Source: Candidatus Brocadiia bacterium
GTDB lineage: Bacteria > Planctomycetota > Brocadiia > CAIUPP01
Assembly: GCA_050015075.1 (NCBI GenBank)
Contig: JBEKCB010000018.1
Coordinates: 1 to 64,000 of the forward strand
Length of the DNA stretch: 64,000 nucleotides
Direction of reading: 5' to 3'
In this document: one piece after another, positions 26,409 to 36,207 of the stretch
Position numbering within the stretch: the first letter of the stretch is position 1
How the letters are laid out: each line of letters starts with the position of its first letter
Notes under the pieces: model-generated
Told to the model about the DNA's origin: nothing
Databases searched by the model: none
The model's input: only the letters and a program-made list of their open reading frames with translations
Translations under genes and position numbers: made by a program

Positions 26409-27101
26409 TTAGCTTTTCTGCCCGTAATACGCGTCCGGCCCGTGCTTGCGGAGGAAGTGTTTCGCGAGGAGGAACTCCGGGATGGGGCCCGCCGCGCCGT
26501 TGAGCTGCAACGTGCCCAGCGCGGTCTGCGCGACCAGCTCCAGCGCGACGCTGTTCGTCAGCGATTCGGCGGCGGTCCTGCCCCACGTGAACGGGCCATG
26601 ATGCGCGACGAGGACGGCGGGCATCTCGTTCGGGTTGATCTTCTTGAACCGCTCGACGATCGCGCGGCCGGTGTTCTCCTCGTACTTGCCGGCGACCTCT
26701 TTGCGGGTCAGGGCGCGCGTGACGGGAACCTCGCCGTTGAAATGGTCCGCGTGCGTCGTCCCCAGGCACGGAATGCCGCGGCCGGCCTGCGCGAACATTG
26801 TCGCGCAGGGGCTGTGCGTGTGCGTCACGCCGCCGATTCCCGCAAAGGCGCGGTAGAGCGCCAGGTGCGTCGGCGCGTCCGTCGAGGGCTGGAGCCTGCC
26901 CTCCGCGCGCGCTCCGTCCAGGTCCACGAGCACGATGTCGTGCCGCTTCAAAGCGGCATAGCCGACGCCGCTGGGCTTGATCGCCATCATCCCTTTCGCG
27001 CGGTCGAAGCCGCTGACGTTGCCGAACGTCAGCGTCACCAGCCGGCAGCGCTCCAGTTCCCGGTTCGCCCGGCACACTTGTTCTTTCAAGTCCTCAAGCA
27101 T
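26409..27101 (-). CDS. araD: L-ribulose-5-phosphate 4-epimerase
   Basis: TFGNVS, IKPSGV, THTHS, GTTHADHF and HFLRKHGPDAYYGQ. Confidence 0.95.
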   Translation of the reverse strand: MLEDLKEQVCRANRELERCRLVTLTFGNVSGFDRAKGMMAIKPSGVGYAALKRHDIVLVDLDGARAEGRLQPSTDAPTHLALYRAFAGIGGVTHTHSPCATMFAQAGRGIPCLGTTHADHFNGEVPVTRALTRKEVAGKYEENTGRAIVERFKKINPNEMPAVLVAHHGPFTWGRTAAESLTNSVALELVAQTALGTLQLNGAAGPIPEFLLAKHFLRKHGPDAYYGQKS

Positions 27102-27152
27102 GAGTTCCCTTCGATCCCGTTTTATCCTGTAATCCTGTCAAATCCGTTATCA

Positions 27153-28847
27153 TTATCCGCGCTGACGTTCGCGGATGCGGATGAGGTCCTTCATCACGTG
27201 GTCGAGCTTGCCCGACCACTCGCGCGTGCCGAAGGCGTCGTGCAGCGTGCGGTAGAGCGGGTAGAGTTCGGCGTAGACCGCCTGCGCCTTCGGGTTCGGG
27301 CGGTAGAACTTGTCCTTCACGCCGCAGACGGCGCGCTGCGCCTCGGCCGCGTCCGCGAACCCGCCGGCCTCTTTGCCGGCGGCGACCGCGCCGAAGATCG
27401 CCGCGCCGAGCGCGCAGGTCTGGTCGCTGCGCGAGACCTTCATCGGGCGGCCGGTGACGTCGGCGTAGATCTGCATCAGCAGCGGGTTCTTCGCCGCCAG
27501 GCCGCCGCAGTTGACGAACTCCTTCACCGGCACGCCGTACTCCTCGATGCGCTTGGCGATCGTCAGCGCGCCGAACGCGGTCGCCTCGATCAGCGCGCGG
27601 TAAATCTCGTGCGCCTCGGTGTGCAGCGTCTGCCCGAGCAGCAGTCCGCTCAGGCGCACGTCCACCAGGATCGTGCGGTTGCCGTTGTTCCAGTCGAGCG
27701 CCAGCAGGCCGTGCTCGCCGGGCTTCTGCTTCGCGGCGAGCGCGCCAAGCGTCTTGAATTTCTCGTCCGTCGTCCGGCCGAAGCGCTCCGGCACGAGATG
27801 GGCGATGAACCAGAGGAAAATGTCGCCGACGGCGGACTGCCCGGCCTCGATGCCGTAGAACCCGGGCAGGATCGAGCCGTCCACGATCCCGCAGACGCCG
27901 GGGATGTCGGCGAGCTTCTTCGCGTTGGGCATGACCATCATGTCGCAGGTGCTCGTGCCGAGGATTTTCACGAGCGTCCCTTCGCGGACGCCGGCGCCTA
28001 CCGCGCCCATGTGCGCGTCGAACGCGCCGGCGGCGATCGCGATGCCCGGCTTCAGCCCGAGCTTCTTCGCCCATTCCGCCGAGAGTCGCCCCGCCGCGTG
28101 GTCAGCCGGCACCGCCTTCTCGTAGAGCCGCCGGCGCAGCGCGGCCAGAGCCGGGTCGAGCCCGCGCAGGAACTCCTCGTCCGGCAGGCCGCCCCATTCC
28201 GGGCAGTACATCGCCTTGTGGCCGGCGGCGCAGACGCCGCGGACGATTTGCTCCGGCCGCGTGTCGCCGGCGAGCAGCGCGGGCATCCAGTCGCAGTGCT
28301 CGACGAAGCTGTGCGCGGCGGCGAAGACCTTCGGCGCGGCGCGCTTGCAGCGCAGGGCCTTGCTCCAGAACCACTCCGAGGAATAAGTCCCGCCGCATTT
28401 GGCCAGGTACTGCGGCCGGATTTTCCGCGCGCGCGCGGTGATCTCCGCCGCCTCGGCGTGGCCGGTGTGGTCCTTCCAGAGCCAGGCCATCGCATCGAGG
28501 TTCCCCTTGAACTGCGGCAGCATGGCCAGCGGCGTGCCGTCGCGGTCCACCGGCATCGGCGTGCTGCCGGTGGTGTCAATGCCGATGCCGACGATCTGCG
28601 CCGGGTCGAACCGGCGGTCCGCCTTCTTCGCGCGGCGGATCGTCCGCGGCACAACGCCCAGCGCGGCGACGTAGTCCTGCGGATTCTGCCGCGCCAGGTT
28701 CGGCTCGCGCGGATCGAGCAGAATCCCCGCCGCGCCGGACGGAAAATCGAAGACGCAGCTTTCCACCTCGCGCCCGTCGGCCAGGTCCACGATCAGGCAG
28801 CGGCAGGAGTTCGTCCCGTAGTCGAGTCCCAACGCATATCTCTTCAT
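27153..28847 (-). CDS. araB: Ribulokinase
   Basis: LGLDYGTNS, DTTGST, LWKDHT, YSSEWFWSK and LDWNNGNRT. Confidence 0.95.
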   Translation of the reverse strand: MKRYALGLDYGTNSCRCLIVDLADGREVESCVFDFPSGAAGILLDPREPNLARQNPQDYVAALGVVPRTIRRAKKADRRFDPAQIVGIGIDTTGSTPMPVDRDGTPLAMLPQFKGNLDAMAWLWKDHTGHAEAAEITARARKIRPQYLAKCGGTYSSEWFWSKALRCKRAAPKVFAAAHSFVEHCDWMPALLAGDTRPEQIVRGVCAAGHKAMYCPEWGGLPDEEFLRGLDPALAALRRRLYEKAVPADHAAGRLSAEWAKKLGLKPGIAIAAGAFDAHMGAVGAGVREGTLVKILGTSTCDMMVMPNAKKLADIPGVCGIVDGSILPGFYGIEAGQSAVGDIFLWFIAHLVPERFGRTTDEKFKTLGALAAKQKPGEHGLLALDWNNGNRTILVDVRLSGLLLGQTLHTEAHEIYRALIEATAFGALTIAKRIEEYGVPVKEFVNCGGLAAKNPLLMQIYADVTGRPMKVSRSDQTCALGAAIFGAVAAGKEAGGFADAAEAQRAVCGVKDKFYRPNPKAQAVYAELYPLYRTLHDAFGTREWSGKLDHVMKDLIRIRERQRG

Positions 28848-28953
28848 CGCCGGCTCTCCCGGAACATTCTGACATCCAGCAGGCGTCCACCGTTGCACTA
28901 TTATCTCCGAGGCGGCGGTTTTTGCAAGAGCTTTGTGCAAACTGACAGAGGCT

Positions 28954-29124
28954 CGCCCGTTTGACGTCGCGACCCTGCTCGCGATATGCTGCGCGAGCCG
29001 TCGGAACGGATCGTCCTCGTCTTCGAACTCGTCCTCGTCCTCGGCTGTTCGTAACGGCCGTTCGAGGACGGGGACGAGGACGACGACGAGGACGCTTGGC
29101 TAATGGGCGACTCGCCACGAAGAG
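28954..29124 (+). repeat. Direct repeat copy 1: promoter + (CTCGTC)n/(GACGAG)n palindrome
   Basis: Aligns with 29728-29896; contains TTGACG-18 nt-TATGCT. Confidence 0.9.
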
Positions 29125-29193
29125 GCAAGTCGCACGCAACGGGTGCGATACAGTCCGCGCGCAAGGACGGCGGCTCCCGGTGGAGGAAAATCC

Positions 29194-29595
29194 ATGGCTG
29201 ATGCGCTTCCGAAAGAGGAAAGTCCCGGAATCTCTGAGGAGGTTAAGCGTGTTGCAGGCGGTCTCGCACTCTGGATGCGGGTAGTGGCCATCATGGGCTT
29301 TCTCGGCGTACTCTACCAGTGGGGTAGGATGTTGCCGCAAGCAAAATTCGCCTCGGCATCCGAATTCGTTTTCGCCGTCATCAGCGGACTAATAGAATGC
29401 TTCGCGCTATTCTATTTATGGCAAAGCGCCGGCTCCTTTCGCCGGCTAGCAAGAGTTGAGCAGAGCGACGGCCGGCCACTGGAGCATGCGCTCCGGCAAC
29501 TGAAGACGTACTTCTGCTTCGCGACGATTCTGACCGTGATCGAATTTGCGGCATTCTTTTGGCTTACCCGCTGGGTCGGCGCGGGAACGCGTTGA
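29194..29595 (+). CDS. Small three-TM hypothetical membrane protein (DUF5362-like)
   Basis: GGAGG RBS; 'WMRVVAIMGF' and 'LE.AL..LK.YF' pattern; family call tentative. Confidence 0.7.
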   Translation: MADALPKEESPGISEEVKRVAGGLALWMRVVAIMGFLGVLYQWGRMLPQAKFASASEFVFAVISGLIECFALFYLWQSAGSFRRLARVEQSDGRPLEHALRQLKTYFCFATILTVIEFAAFFWLTRWVGAGTR

Positions 29596-29727
29596 GTGAC
29601 GCCGCAATGCAACAGATACTTGATGCAGTCAAGAAAGCCAACACGGAAAGCCTTCACCAATGAGTTTCGCGGCCCGAGCAGGTGGGGCCTGGCCGCTCTA
29701 ACACCTGACTCCAAACCGATATAGGTC

Positions 29728-29896
29728 CGCCCGTTTGACGTCGCGACCCTGCGCGCGATATGCTGCGCCATTTGTTGGAATGGATCGTCCTCGTCCTCGA
29801 ACTCGTCCTCGGCCGTTTTCTAACGGCCGTTCGAGGACGAGGACGAGGACGGGGACGAGGACGATTGGCTTATGGGGAGACTCACGAGTGAAGAGA
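29728..29896 (+). repeat. Direct repeat copy 2 (fba promoter/5'UTR)
   Basis: Aligns with copy 1 at 28954-29124. Confidence 0.9.
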
Positions 29897-30796
29897 CCCT
29901 CTGTCGCCACAATGATGCAGGCGGCGTGCGAGAAGCAGATCCTGATCCCGGCGTTCAACATCGCCTACCTGCCGATGACGCGGCCGGTGGCGCGGACGCT
30001 CGAACGGCTCGGGACGTTCGGGCTGGCCGAGGTGGCGATGCCGGACGTGACGCGCTTCGGCGCGAAGAGTTTCGACGCGGTCGCCGCCGAGTACCGCAAG
30101 GAGGCGAACCCGGAGTTCGTGGCGCTCCACCTCGACCACGTGCCGGTGATTGACGAGGAACACAAGCGCCTGGATTGGGAAGCGCTGATCCGCAAGGGAC
30201 TGGATCTCCGGTTCGAGTCGGTGATGCTCGACGGCTCGCGCCTGCCGCTGGAGGAGAACATCGCGGCGGTGCGTCAGGTCGTAGAGATGTGCCACCCCAG
30301 GGTCGCCGTCGAGGCGGAGCTCGGCGCGGTGCTCGGACACGAGGCCGGGCCGATCCCGCCGTACGAGGAACTCTTCCGGACGAAGAGAGGATTCACCGAC
30401 CCGGACGAGGCGCGGCGGTTCGTGAAGGAGACCGGCGTGGACTGGCTCAGCGTGGCCGTCGGCAGCATCCACGGCGCGATCACCGGCGCGGGCAAGGACC
30501 AGGCGAAAGTCGCCGCACGGCTGCACAGCGAGCATCTGCGCACGCTCCGCAAGGCCACCGGCGTGCCGCTGGTGCTCCACGGCGGATCGGGCGTGCAGAA
30601 GGAATCCGTCCTTGAGGGCATCCGCAACGGCATCGCTAAGATCAATATCGGAACCGAGATACGACAGGCTTACGAGAAGCCGCTGGCCGCCGGCAAGGGC
30701 GAGAAGGCCGCGCAGGAGGCGGTCGCCGCGAAGGTCGAGGAACTCATCGTCGAGGTTTACGGCATCGCCGGCTCGCGGGCGAAGCTGTGCGGATGA
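29888..30796 (+). CDS. fba: Class II fructose/tagatose-bisphosphate aldolase
   Basis: PAFN, LHLDH, VEAELG, VGSIHG, VLHGGSG and KINIGT. Confidence 0.88.
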   Translation: MKRPSVATMMQAACEKQILIPAFNIAYLPMTRPVARTLERLGTFGLAEVAMPDVTRFGAKSFDAVAAEYRKEANPEFVALHLDHVPVIDEEHKRLDWEALIRKGLDLRFESVMLDGSRLPLEENIAAVRQVVEMCHPRVAVEAELGAVLGHEAGPIPPYEELFRTKRGFTDPDEARRFVKETGVDWLSVAVGSIHGAITGAGKDQAKVAARLHSEHLRTLRKATGVPLVLHGGSGVQKESVLEGIRNGIAKINIGTEIRQAYEKPLAAGKGEKAAQEAVAAKVEELIVEVYGIAGSRAKLCG

Positions 30797-30800
30797 ACTC

Positions 30801-30886
30801 CCAATCGTCCTCGTCCTCGCTCTCGTCCTCGTCCTCGAACGGTAGGTCATAACGGCCGAGGCGGAGGACGACGACGAGGACGATCG
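30801..30886. repeat. (CTCGTC)n palindrome, inverted relative to 29783-29869
   Basis: ccaatcgtcctcgtcctcg...gaggacgacgacgaggacgatc. Confidence 0.85.
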
Positions 30887-30906
30887 AGGCGCAATCGGCG
30901 TTATAG

Positions 30907-32505
30907 ATGCCTGAAAAACACGACATTCTTCCCGGCATGCTCAAGACCGGCGCGGGGACATTGGCCAGCCGGATTCTGGGGCTTCTGCGCGAGGTGTTCA
31001 CCACGCGCTTTTTCGGCGCCGGCCCCGCGTTCGATATGTTCGTCATCGCCTTCCGCGTGCCGAACCTCTTTCGTGCGCTCTTCGGCGAGGGCGCGTTGAA
31101 CGCGTCGTTCATCCCGGTCTTCACGCGCGAGGGGCTCGATCCGGCGGGCGATGCGCGGCGGCTGCTCAACGCCGTCATGACGGCGCTCGCCGCGCTGCTG
31201 ATGGGCATCACCTGCCTGGGCTGGCTGATCTGCGGCATCGCCCTGCTCTCCGGCCGCCTGCCGCCCAACGGCAAGCTGTTCTGCCTGCTGCTGATGATCC
31301 TGCTGCCGTACCTTCCGCTCATCTGCCTCACCGCGCTGCAGGGCGCCGCGCTGAACGTGAAAGGGCATTTCCTCCGGCCCGCGTTCGCGCCGACGATCAT
31401 GAACATCTGCTGGATCGGCGCGATTGTCCTGCTGCGGTTTTGGCACGTCAAGGACTTGAGCCTGGGCGCCACCGCGCTCGCGGTCGGAGTGCTGATTTCG
31501 GGCGGGCTCCAGTTCGCCTATCAGGCGATGATGCTGCGCCGCTGCAAGCTCCATTTTCGGCTGGTCTGGGACCTGGCGCATCCGGGCCTGCGGCAGATCG
31601 TTCACCTGACGCTCCCGGTGGCGCTGGGAGTGGGCGTCATCCAGGTCAACACGTTCGTGGATTCGCTCTTTGCGCAGTTCTGCGTGCGGGATGCGGGCGC
31701 CAACAGCGCGCTGTGGTATGGCAACAACCTGATGCAATTTCCGCTGGGCGTGCTGGGTACCGCGCTGGCGACGGCGGTGCTTCCGGCGCTGGCGCACCAC
31801 GAGGCCGTGGGCGACCGCAAGTCGTTCGTGGACGCCATCGGCCTGTCGCTCCGGACGGCGTTCTTCGTCTCGCTTCCCTGCGTCGCCGCCACGGTCGCGC
31901 TCAGCGCGCCGATCGTGCGGGTGCTCTATGAGGGCGGGCGGTTTACGCCTGAATCCACGGCGCGGACGGCGGCGGTCTTCCTCTGTTTCACCGCGGGCCT
32001 GTGGGCGTTCTGCGCCATCCAGGTGCTGGCGCGCGCGTTCTACGCTCAGCAGGACGTGCGCGCGCCCAGGCGGATTGCGGTCATGATGGTCGGCGCAAAC
32101 TTCGTCCTGAACGCGATTTTGGTCTGGCCGATGCGCGAGGCGGGACTGGCGCTGTCGAGCAGCATCTGCGGGGTCGGGAACATGGTGCTGCTGTGGATAC
32201 ACCTGAGAAAGAAGATCGGTCCGATCGGCGGGCGCGCTGTGGCGGCCAGCGCGGTGAAGTCCGCCGTCGCCGCCGCGATCGCAGGGCTCGCCGGGTACGG
32301 CGCATTTTACGGAACTCTGCGAGCGGCCGGCGGGCCGGCGATGACCTCGCCGCGGGCCTGGCCTCAACTCCTGGCGCTCTCGTGCGGCCTGGCCGCCGTG
32401 TGCGCGGTCTTCCTGCTGGCGGCGTGGGCGCTGCGCGCGACGGAACTGAGCGAGTTCCTCCAGTCCCTCCGCCGGAAGAAAGACCGGGCGCCTTCGGACG
32501 GCTGA
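30907..32505 (+). CDS. murJ: Lipid II flippase
   Basis: SRILGLLRE, AFRVPNLFRALFGEGAL, QFPLGV and RAFYA. Confidence 0.95.
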   Translation: MPEKHDILPGMLKTGAGTLASRILGLLREVFTTRFFGAGPAFDMFVIAFRVPNLFRALFGEGALNASFIPVFTREGLDPAGDARRLLNAVMTALAALLMGITCLGWLICGIALLSGRLPPNGKLFCLLLMILLPYLPLICLTALQGAALNVKGHFLRPAFAPTIMNICWIGAIVLLRFWHVKDLSLGATALAVGVLISGGLQFAYQAMMLRRCKLHFRLVWDLAHPGLRQIVHLTLPVALGVGVIQVNTFVDSLFAQFCVRDAGANSALWYGNNLMQFPLGVLGTALATAVLPALAHHEAVGDRKSFVDAIGLSLRTAFFVSLPCVAATVALSAPIVRVLYEGGRFTPESTARTAAVFLCFTAGLWAFCAIQVLARAFYAQQDVRAPRRIAVMMVGANFVLNAILVWPMREAGLALSSSICGVGNMVLLWIHLRKKIGPIGGRAVAASAVKSAVAAAIAGLAGYGAFYGTLRAAGGPAMTSPRAWPQLLALSCGLAAVCAVFLLAAWALRATELSEFLQSLRRKKDRAPSDG

Positions 32506-32545
32506 GCGATTGCGGGTCGGAAAATCTGATGGAGAGGAGATGACC

Positions 32546-33556
32546 ATGAAGCGAACCCTGCTCACGACCGCGGCCGCCGCGTGGGTCGCCGTCTCCCTTG
32601 CCGCATGCCGGACCGCGCCGAGCCACCCGCCTTCGTTCAAGGAGTTGCTCGGGTTGACGGCGGTGAAAGGCTCGCAGCTTCCGGCCGCGGCGAAAATGAA
32701 GATGTTGCAGGAGCTTCACCAGGCCATACAGTTCACGCCGGCGGAACTGCGGAAAATTCAGGACAGCGGCGATGTCCGCCTGATGGCCGGAGCGCTCGCG
32801 GTCACCGACGGCGAGAACCTGCTCGCGCCGGCGCTTCTGAGCCTGGCCCTTTCGAAAGCGCCGGACGATCCCGCGCTGCTGGCCGTTCTTGCGTACCGGG
32901 CGACTTTTTTTCAGCAGCAGCGGGAAATGCCCGAATCGGAGTTTCTGGATGCCCTGGACCGATGGCGGAAACTGGAGCCGGAAAACTCAGTCCCTTATTA
33001 CCTCGAGGCGGCGTGGCGGGTGAATGAAAAGAAGTTCGGGGACGCCGCCCGGGCGCTGGCCGAGGCGAGCCGCCATCCGAAATTCGACTCGTACTGCGCG
33101 GCGCTGCGACTGGACGTCGTCGCCGCGGGCGATTTCGCCGACTATCCGAAATTCACCGCGCGCTACCTGGCCCTCACTTTTCCCGGCGAGGCGCCTTTCG
33201 CCAATGCCGCCTGGCGTTGCCTGGATTGGCAAGGCGCGAACGAGCAGGTGGCGCGCGACTGCATCGTCCTCGGCAAGCGCCTGGAGGCCGAAAAAACGCT
33301 CCTGGTCGGCGAGTTGATGGGCCTGACGCTGCAGTCGGCGGCCATGACGAGATTCGCTCAAACCGGCAGCGCGGCGGAGTTGAAACGCGTCCTGGAACGC
33401 GCGAAACGGATCAGGGAGATCGGCGACCGGATGAACGCCCTGTCAGAGCGCATACCCGAGAAGCGCTTCGTCGCGTTCCTGGACGAAGGGCTTGCCGGAT
33501 CCGAGGCCGCGGCGGACGAGAAGCTCATTGCGGAATATGGAGATTCCTCGAAGTGA
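32546..33556 (+). CDS. Hypothetical lipoprotein, helical/TPR-like
   Basis: LAAC lipobox; 'EPENSVPYYLEA'. Confidence 0.7.
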   Translation: MKRTLLTTAAAAWVAVSLAACRTAPSHPPSFKELLGLTAVKGSQLPAAAKMKMLQELHQAIQFTPAELRKIQDSGDVRLMAGALAVTDGENLLAPALLSLALSKAPDDPALLAVLAYRATFFQQQREMPESEFLDALDRWRKLEPENSVPYYLEAAWRVNEKKFGDAARALAEASRHPKFDSYCAALRLDVVAAGDFADYPKFTARYLALTFPGEAPFANAAWRCLDWQGANEQVARDCIVLGKRLEAEKTLLVGELMGLTLQSAAMTRFAQTGSAAELKRVLERAKRIREIGDRMNALSERIPEKRFVAFLDEGLAGSEAAADEKLIAEYGDSSK

Positions 33557-33703
33557 CCGGGACTCGCCGGGCCCGGCCGCGCGGCGCGCCGACACGAGGA
33601 GCGTCGGCCGGTTCCTGGGCGCGGACTGGTTCCGGGAACCGGCGCTCGGTCGCGATGGGGTGTGCCGTGGACGAAGCGGGATTGTGTCGTTCGAGGGAGA
33701 GCG

Positions 33704-33904
33704 TTACTCGGCTTCGATCATGGCCGCCTGATCGGGTTCGGACTCCATGTCCATTTCCAGGTCGTTCTCTTCCTGGAAACTCTCCAGCAGTTCCTTCTCG
33801 ATCTCCTGCCGCTGCTTCAGAATGAGCTTCTGGTAGCGCTCCTTCAGAAGCGGCAGCCGCGCGGTCCTCGATCTCTTGTTCGACATCTGAGCCTTCGCGA
33901 TCAT
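33704..33904 (-). CDS. Small hypothetical protein (basic N-terminus, acidic C-terminus)
   Basis: AAGGAG RBS, GC-rich third codon positions and its own consensus promoter. Confidence 0.7.
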   Translation of the reverse strand: MIAKAQMSNKRSRTARLPLLKERYQKLILKQRQEIEKELLESFQEENDLEMDMESEPDQAAMIEAE

Positions 33905-33980
33905 GCTTGCGCCTTCTCCTTCAATAGGGCTGTCCGGGTTAGAGCCATCCGCGGTGCAACTGCAGGCATCAAAGGGGCGA

Positions 33981-34008
33981 ATTATACCATCGGAAACTGC
34001 CTTGTCAA
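33981..34008 (-). promoter_or_regulatory. Consensus sigma70 promoter
   Basis: TTGACA-16 nt-TATAAT with an extended TG. Confidence 0.75.
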
Positions 34009-34047
34009 CCCTAATTCGACAGAATTTTGAAAATATTCAGCGGCCCG

Positions 34048-34093
34048 CCCGTTCGACCATGCTCAGGGCGGCCCTGAGCGAAAGTCGAAGGGC
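34048..34093. repeat. REP-like palindrome (TTCGAC..GCTCAGGGC/GCCCTGAGC..GTCGAA)
   Basis: cccgttcgaccatgctcagggcggccctgagcgaaagtcgaaggg. Confidence 0.7.
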
Positions 34094-34233
34094 CGCCCGC
34101 GCCGCCGCCGGTTGTCTCGGTTTTCGCGCCGTGCTATGATTGCGTTCGACCTGATATCACAAGGGCGGGACGCGTTTGAAGAGGCATTCCAGCCGGGCGC
34201 CGGCGGACTGAAACAGGCACAGGAGCTCGCACC

Positions 34234-35259
34234 ATGAAACTGACCGTCGCGGAAGTGAGCCGCCTTGTAGGCGGCGAGTTGATCGGACCGGGCGAAGCGA
34301 TCGTCGAGCGCGTGGCCGGCCTGTCGCAGGCCGGGCCGGGCGACATCACCTTCGCGAAGCGCGAGAACCTCAAGGCGGCGGCCGCCAGCCGCGCGACCGC
34401 CGTGCTGGTCCCGGAGCGCGTCGCCGGAATGGCCGCGGCGCAGATCGTCGTCGCGAACCCGCACTTCGCCTTCGGGGTGCTGCTCGCCCTCGTGGAGAAG
34501 GAGCAGCGCGCGCACCCGGCCGGCATTCACCCGTCGGCGGTCCTCGGAGCGGGCGTCCGGCTGGGGAAGGACGTCGGGCTCGGCGCGCACGCGGTCCTCG
34601 GCGACGGCTGCGTTCTCGGCGACCGGACCGTCATTTATCCGAACAGCACCCTGGGCGCGCATTGCTCCGTCGGGTCGGATTCGATCATTTACTCCAACGT
34701 CGCCATCCGCGAGTGCGTGAGCCTCGGGAGCCGGACGATCATCCACAGCGGCTGCTCGATCGGCGGCGACGGCTTCGGCTACCTCCAGGTCGAAGGCCGC
34801 CACGTGAAGGTGCCGCAGGTGGGCACGGTCGAGATCGGCGACGACGTCGAGATCGGCTGCAACTGCACCGTGGACCGCGCGACGATGGACAAGACGATCA
34901 TCGAGAACGGCGTGAAGATAGACAACCACAGCCACATCGCGCACAATTGCCGGATCGGGGCGAACTCGATGCTGATCGCCTACGCGCGCATGGGCGGCAG
35001 CACGGTGCTGGGCCGGAACGTGCTGCTCGCCGAGGACGTGGGACTCACGAACGGGATTACGCTCGGCGACCGCTGCATTGTCGGGGCCTGCTCCAAGGTC
35101 TCCCGTTCCTGGCCGGCCGACTCCGTCATCCTCGGCGCGCCCGCGCAGCGCATACAGGACGAGAAACGCCAGATCGTGATGATCAAGAAACTCTCGCGGC
35201 TCTACGAGATGATGCGGGAGTTGAAGAGAAGCGTTCAGGGCGGGAAAACGGAAGACTGA
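34234..35259 (+). CDS. lpxD: UDP-3-O-acylglucosamine N-acyltransferase
   Basis: Hexapeptide repeats, IGGDGFGY, KVPQVG.V, KIDN...IAHNC.IG. Confidence 0.95.
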   Translation: MKLTVAEVSRLVGGELIGPGEAIVERVAGLSQAGPGDITFAKRENLKAAAASRATAVLVPERVAGMAAAQIVVANPHFAFGVLLALVEKEQRAHPAGIHPSAVLGAGVRLGKDVGLGAHAVLGDGCVLGDRTVIYPNSTLGAHCSVGSDSIIYSNVAIRECVSLGSRTIIHSGCSIGGDGFGYLQVEGRHVKVPQVGTVEIGDDVEIGCNCTVDRATMDKTIIENGVKIDNHSHIAHNCRIGANSMLIAYARMGGSTVLGRNVLLAEDVGLTNGITLGDRCIVGACSKVSRSWPADSVILGAPAQRIQDEKRQIVMIKKLSRLYEMMRELKRSVQGGKTED

Positions 35260-35333
35260 CCCTTACGAATTGCGGATTGGGGAATGCGGACTGCGGATTA
35301 GCGTGCCGGCTTTCGCCGTCCACTCCGCACTCC

Positions 35334-35843
35334 CTAGTCCGGTCCCTTCATCCCGCGCTGCTTCATCTCCAGCTCCAGCGCGGCGACGAACGGGCGGAAG
35401 ATCTCCTCGTTGCGGTCGTTGATCTTCATCAGGTGCTCGTGCGCGGCATGGACGCACGCCAGGCGTTCCTTTTCGCCGCGTTGTTCCTCGAGCCGGACGA
35501 ATTCCAGCGCCGGCGTCTCGAACGGCTCCGACTCGACGAAAATCAACTCCGTGAGCCCCACATTTTTCAACAGTTGCAGCAGCGGCGCGGAGACGTTGAC
35601 CGCGGCGATACCGGGCGTCTTGTCGTTCTGCTCGAAGGTGGCCGCGCCGGCGAGCACGCCCATGAACGTGCTGTCCATGCCGGTGCAATCGCCCAGGTCC
35701 ACGACGATGAAACTCCGTCCCGCGGCGAGCAGGCCTTCCATGAAGGTGCGCAGGCACAGGCAGTTGCTCATCGTCGCCAGTCCGTGCACGCGCACATAGA
35801 CGGCGCGCGTGCCGGTGGCGACTTCGTAATACCCGCCTTGCAT
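35334..35843 (-). CDS. STAS-domain (anti-sigma antagonist-like) protein
   Basis: VDL.DC..MDSTFMG phospho-Ser motif; C-terminal AH..LM..N..N...F. Confidence 0.85.
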   Translation of the reverse strand: MQGGYYEVATGTRAVYVRVHGLATMSNCLCLRTFMEGLLAAGRSFIVVDLGDCTGMDSTFMGVLAGAATFEQNDKTPGIAAVNVSAPLLQLLKNVGLTELIFVESEPFETPALEFVRLEEQRGEKERLACVHAAHEHLMKINDRNEEIFRPFVAALELEMKQRGMKGPD

Positions 35844-35886
35844 CACAACCAAATCCGAATCTCCGCAAACGCCGAGCCAGCAGGCG

Positions 35887-36207
35887 CTATGAGACGCGAG
35901 AACCGGGCGCCGCCTGGCCATCCGGCCGGAGCACCAGCACCTTCGGCCCGTCCTGCGCCGCCAGCAGCATGCCCTGGCTCTCCACTCCGCGCAGCACGGC
36001 CGGTTCCAGGTTCGCCACGACGACGATCGTCGAGCCCAGGAGCTGCTCGGGCGTGTAATACGCCCGCAGACCGGCGACGATCTGCCGCTCCGTGCCCCCC
36101 AGATCAATTTTGAGCACGTACAGCTTGTCGGCGTTAGGATGGTTCTCGACGGAAAGGACCTTCGCGACGCGGAGGTCCAGCTTTTGAAATTCTGCGAATG
36201 GGATCAT
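35887..36207 (-). CDS. Stand-alone MetRS C-terminal / Trbp111-like tRNA-binding protein
   Basis: F.KLDLRV, HPNADKL, RQIVAG and NL.P..LRG.ESQGM. Confidence 0.9.
   Translation of the reverse strand: MIPFAEFQKLDLRVAKVLSVENHPNADKLYVLKIDLGGTERQIVAGLRAYYTPEQLLGSTIVVVANLEPAVLRGVESQGMLLAAQDGPKVLVLRPDGQAAPGSRVS

Noticed and set aside
29735-29887. N-terminal 'RPRPRTR' extension of fba and similar ORFs at 28901-29340
   Set aside because: These are translations of the (CTCGTC)n repeat; the real start is GTG 29888 after GGGGAG.
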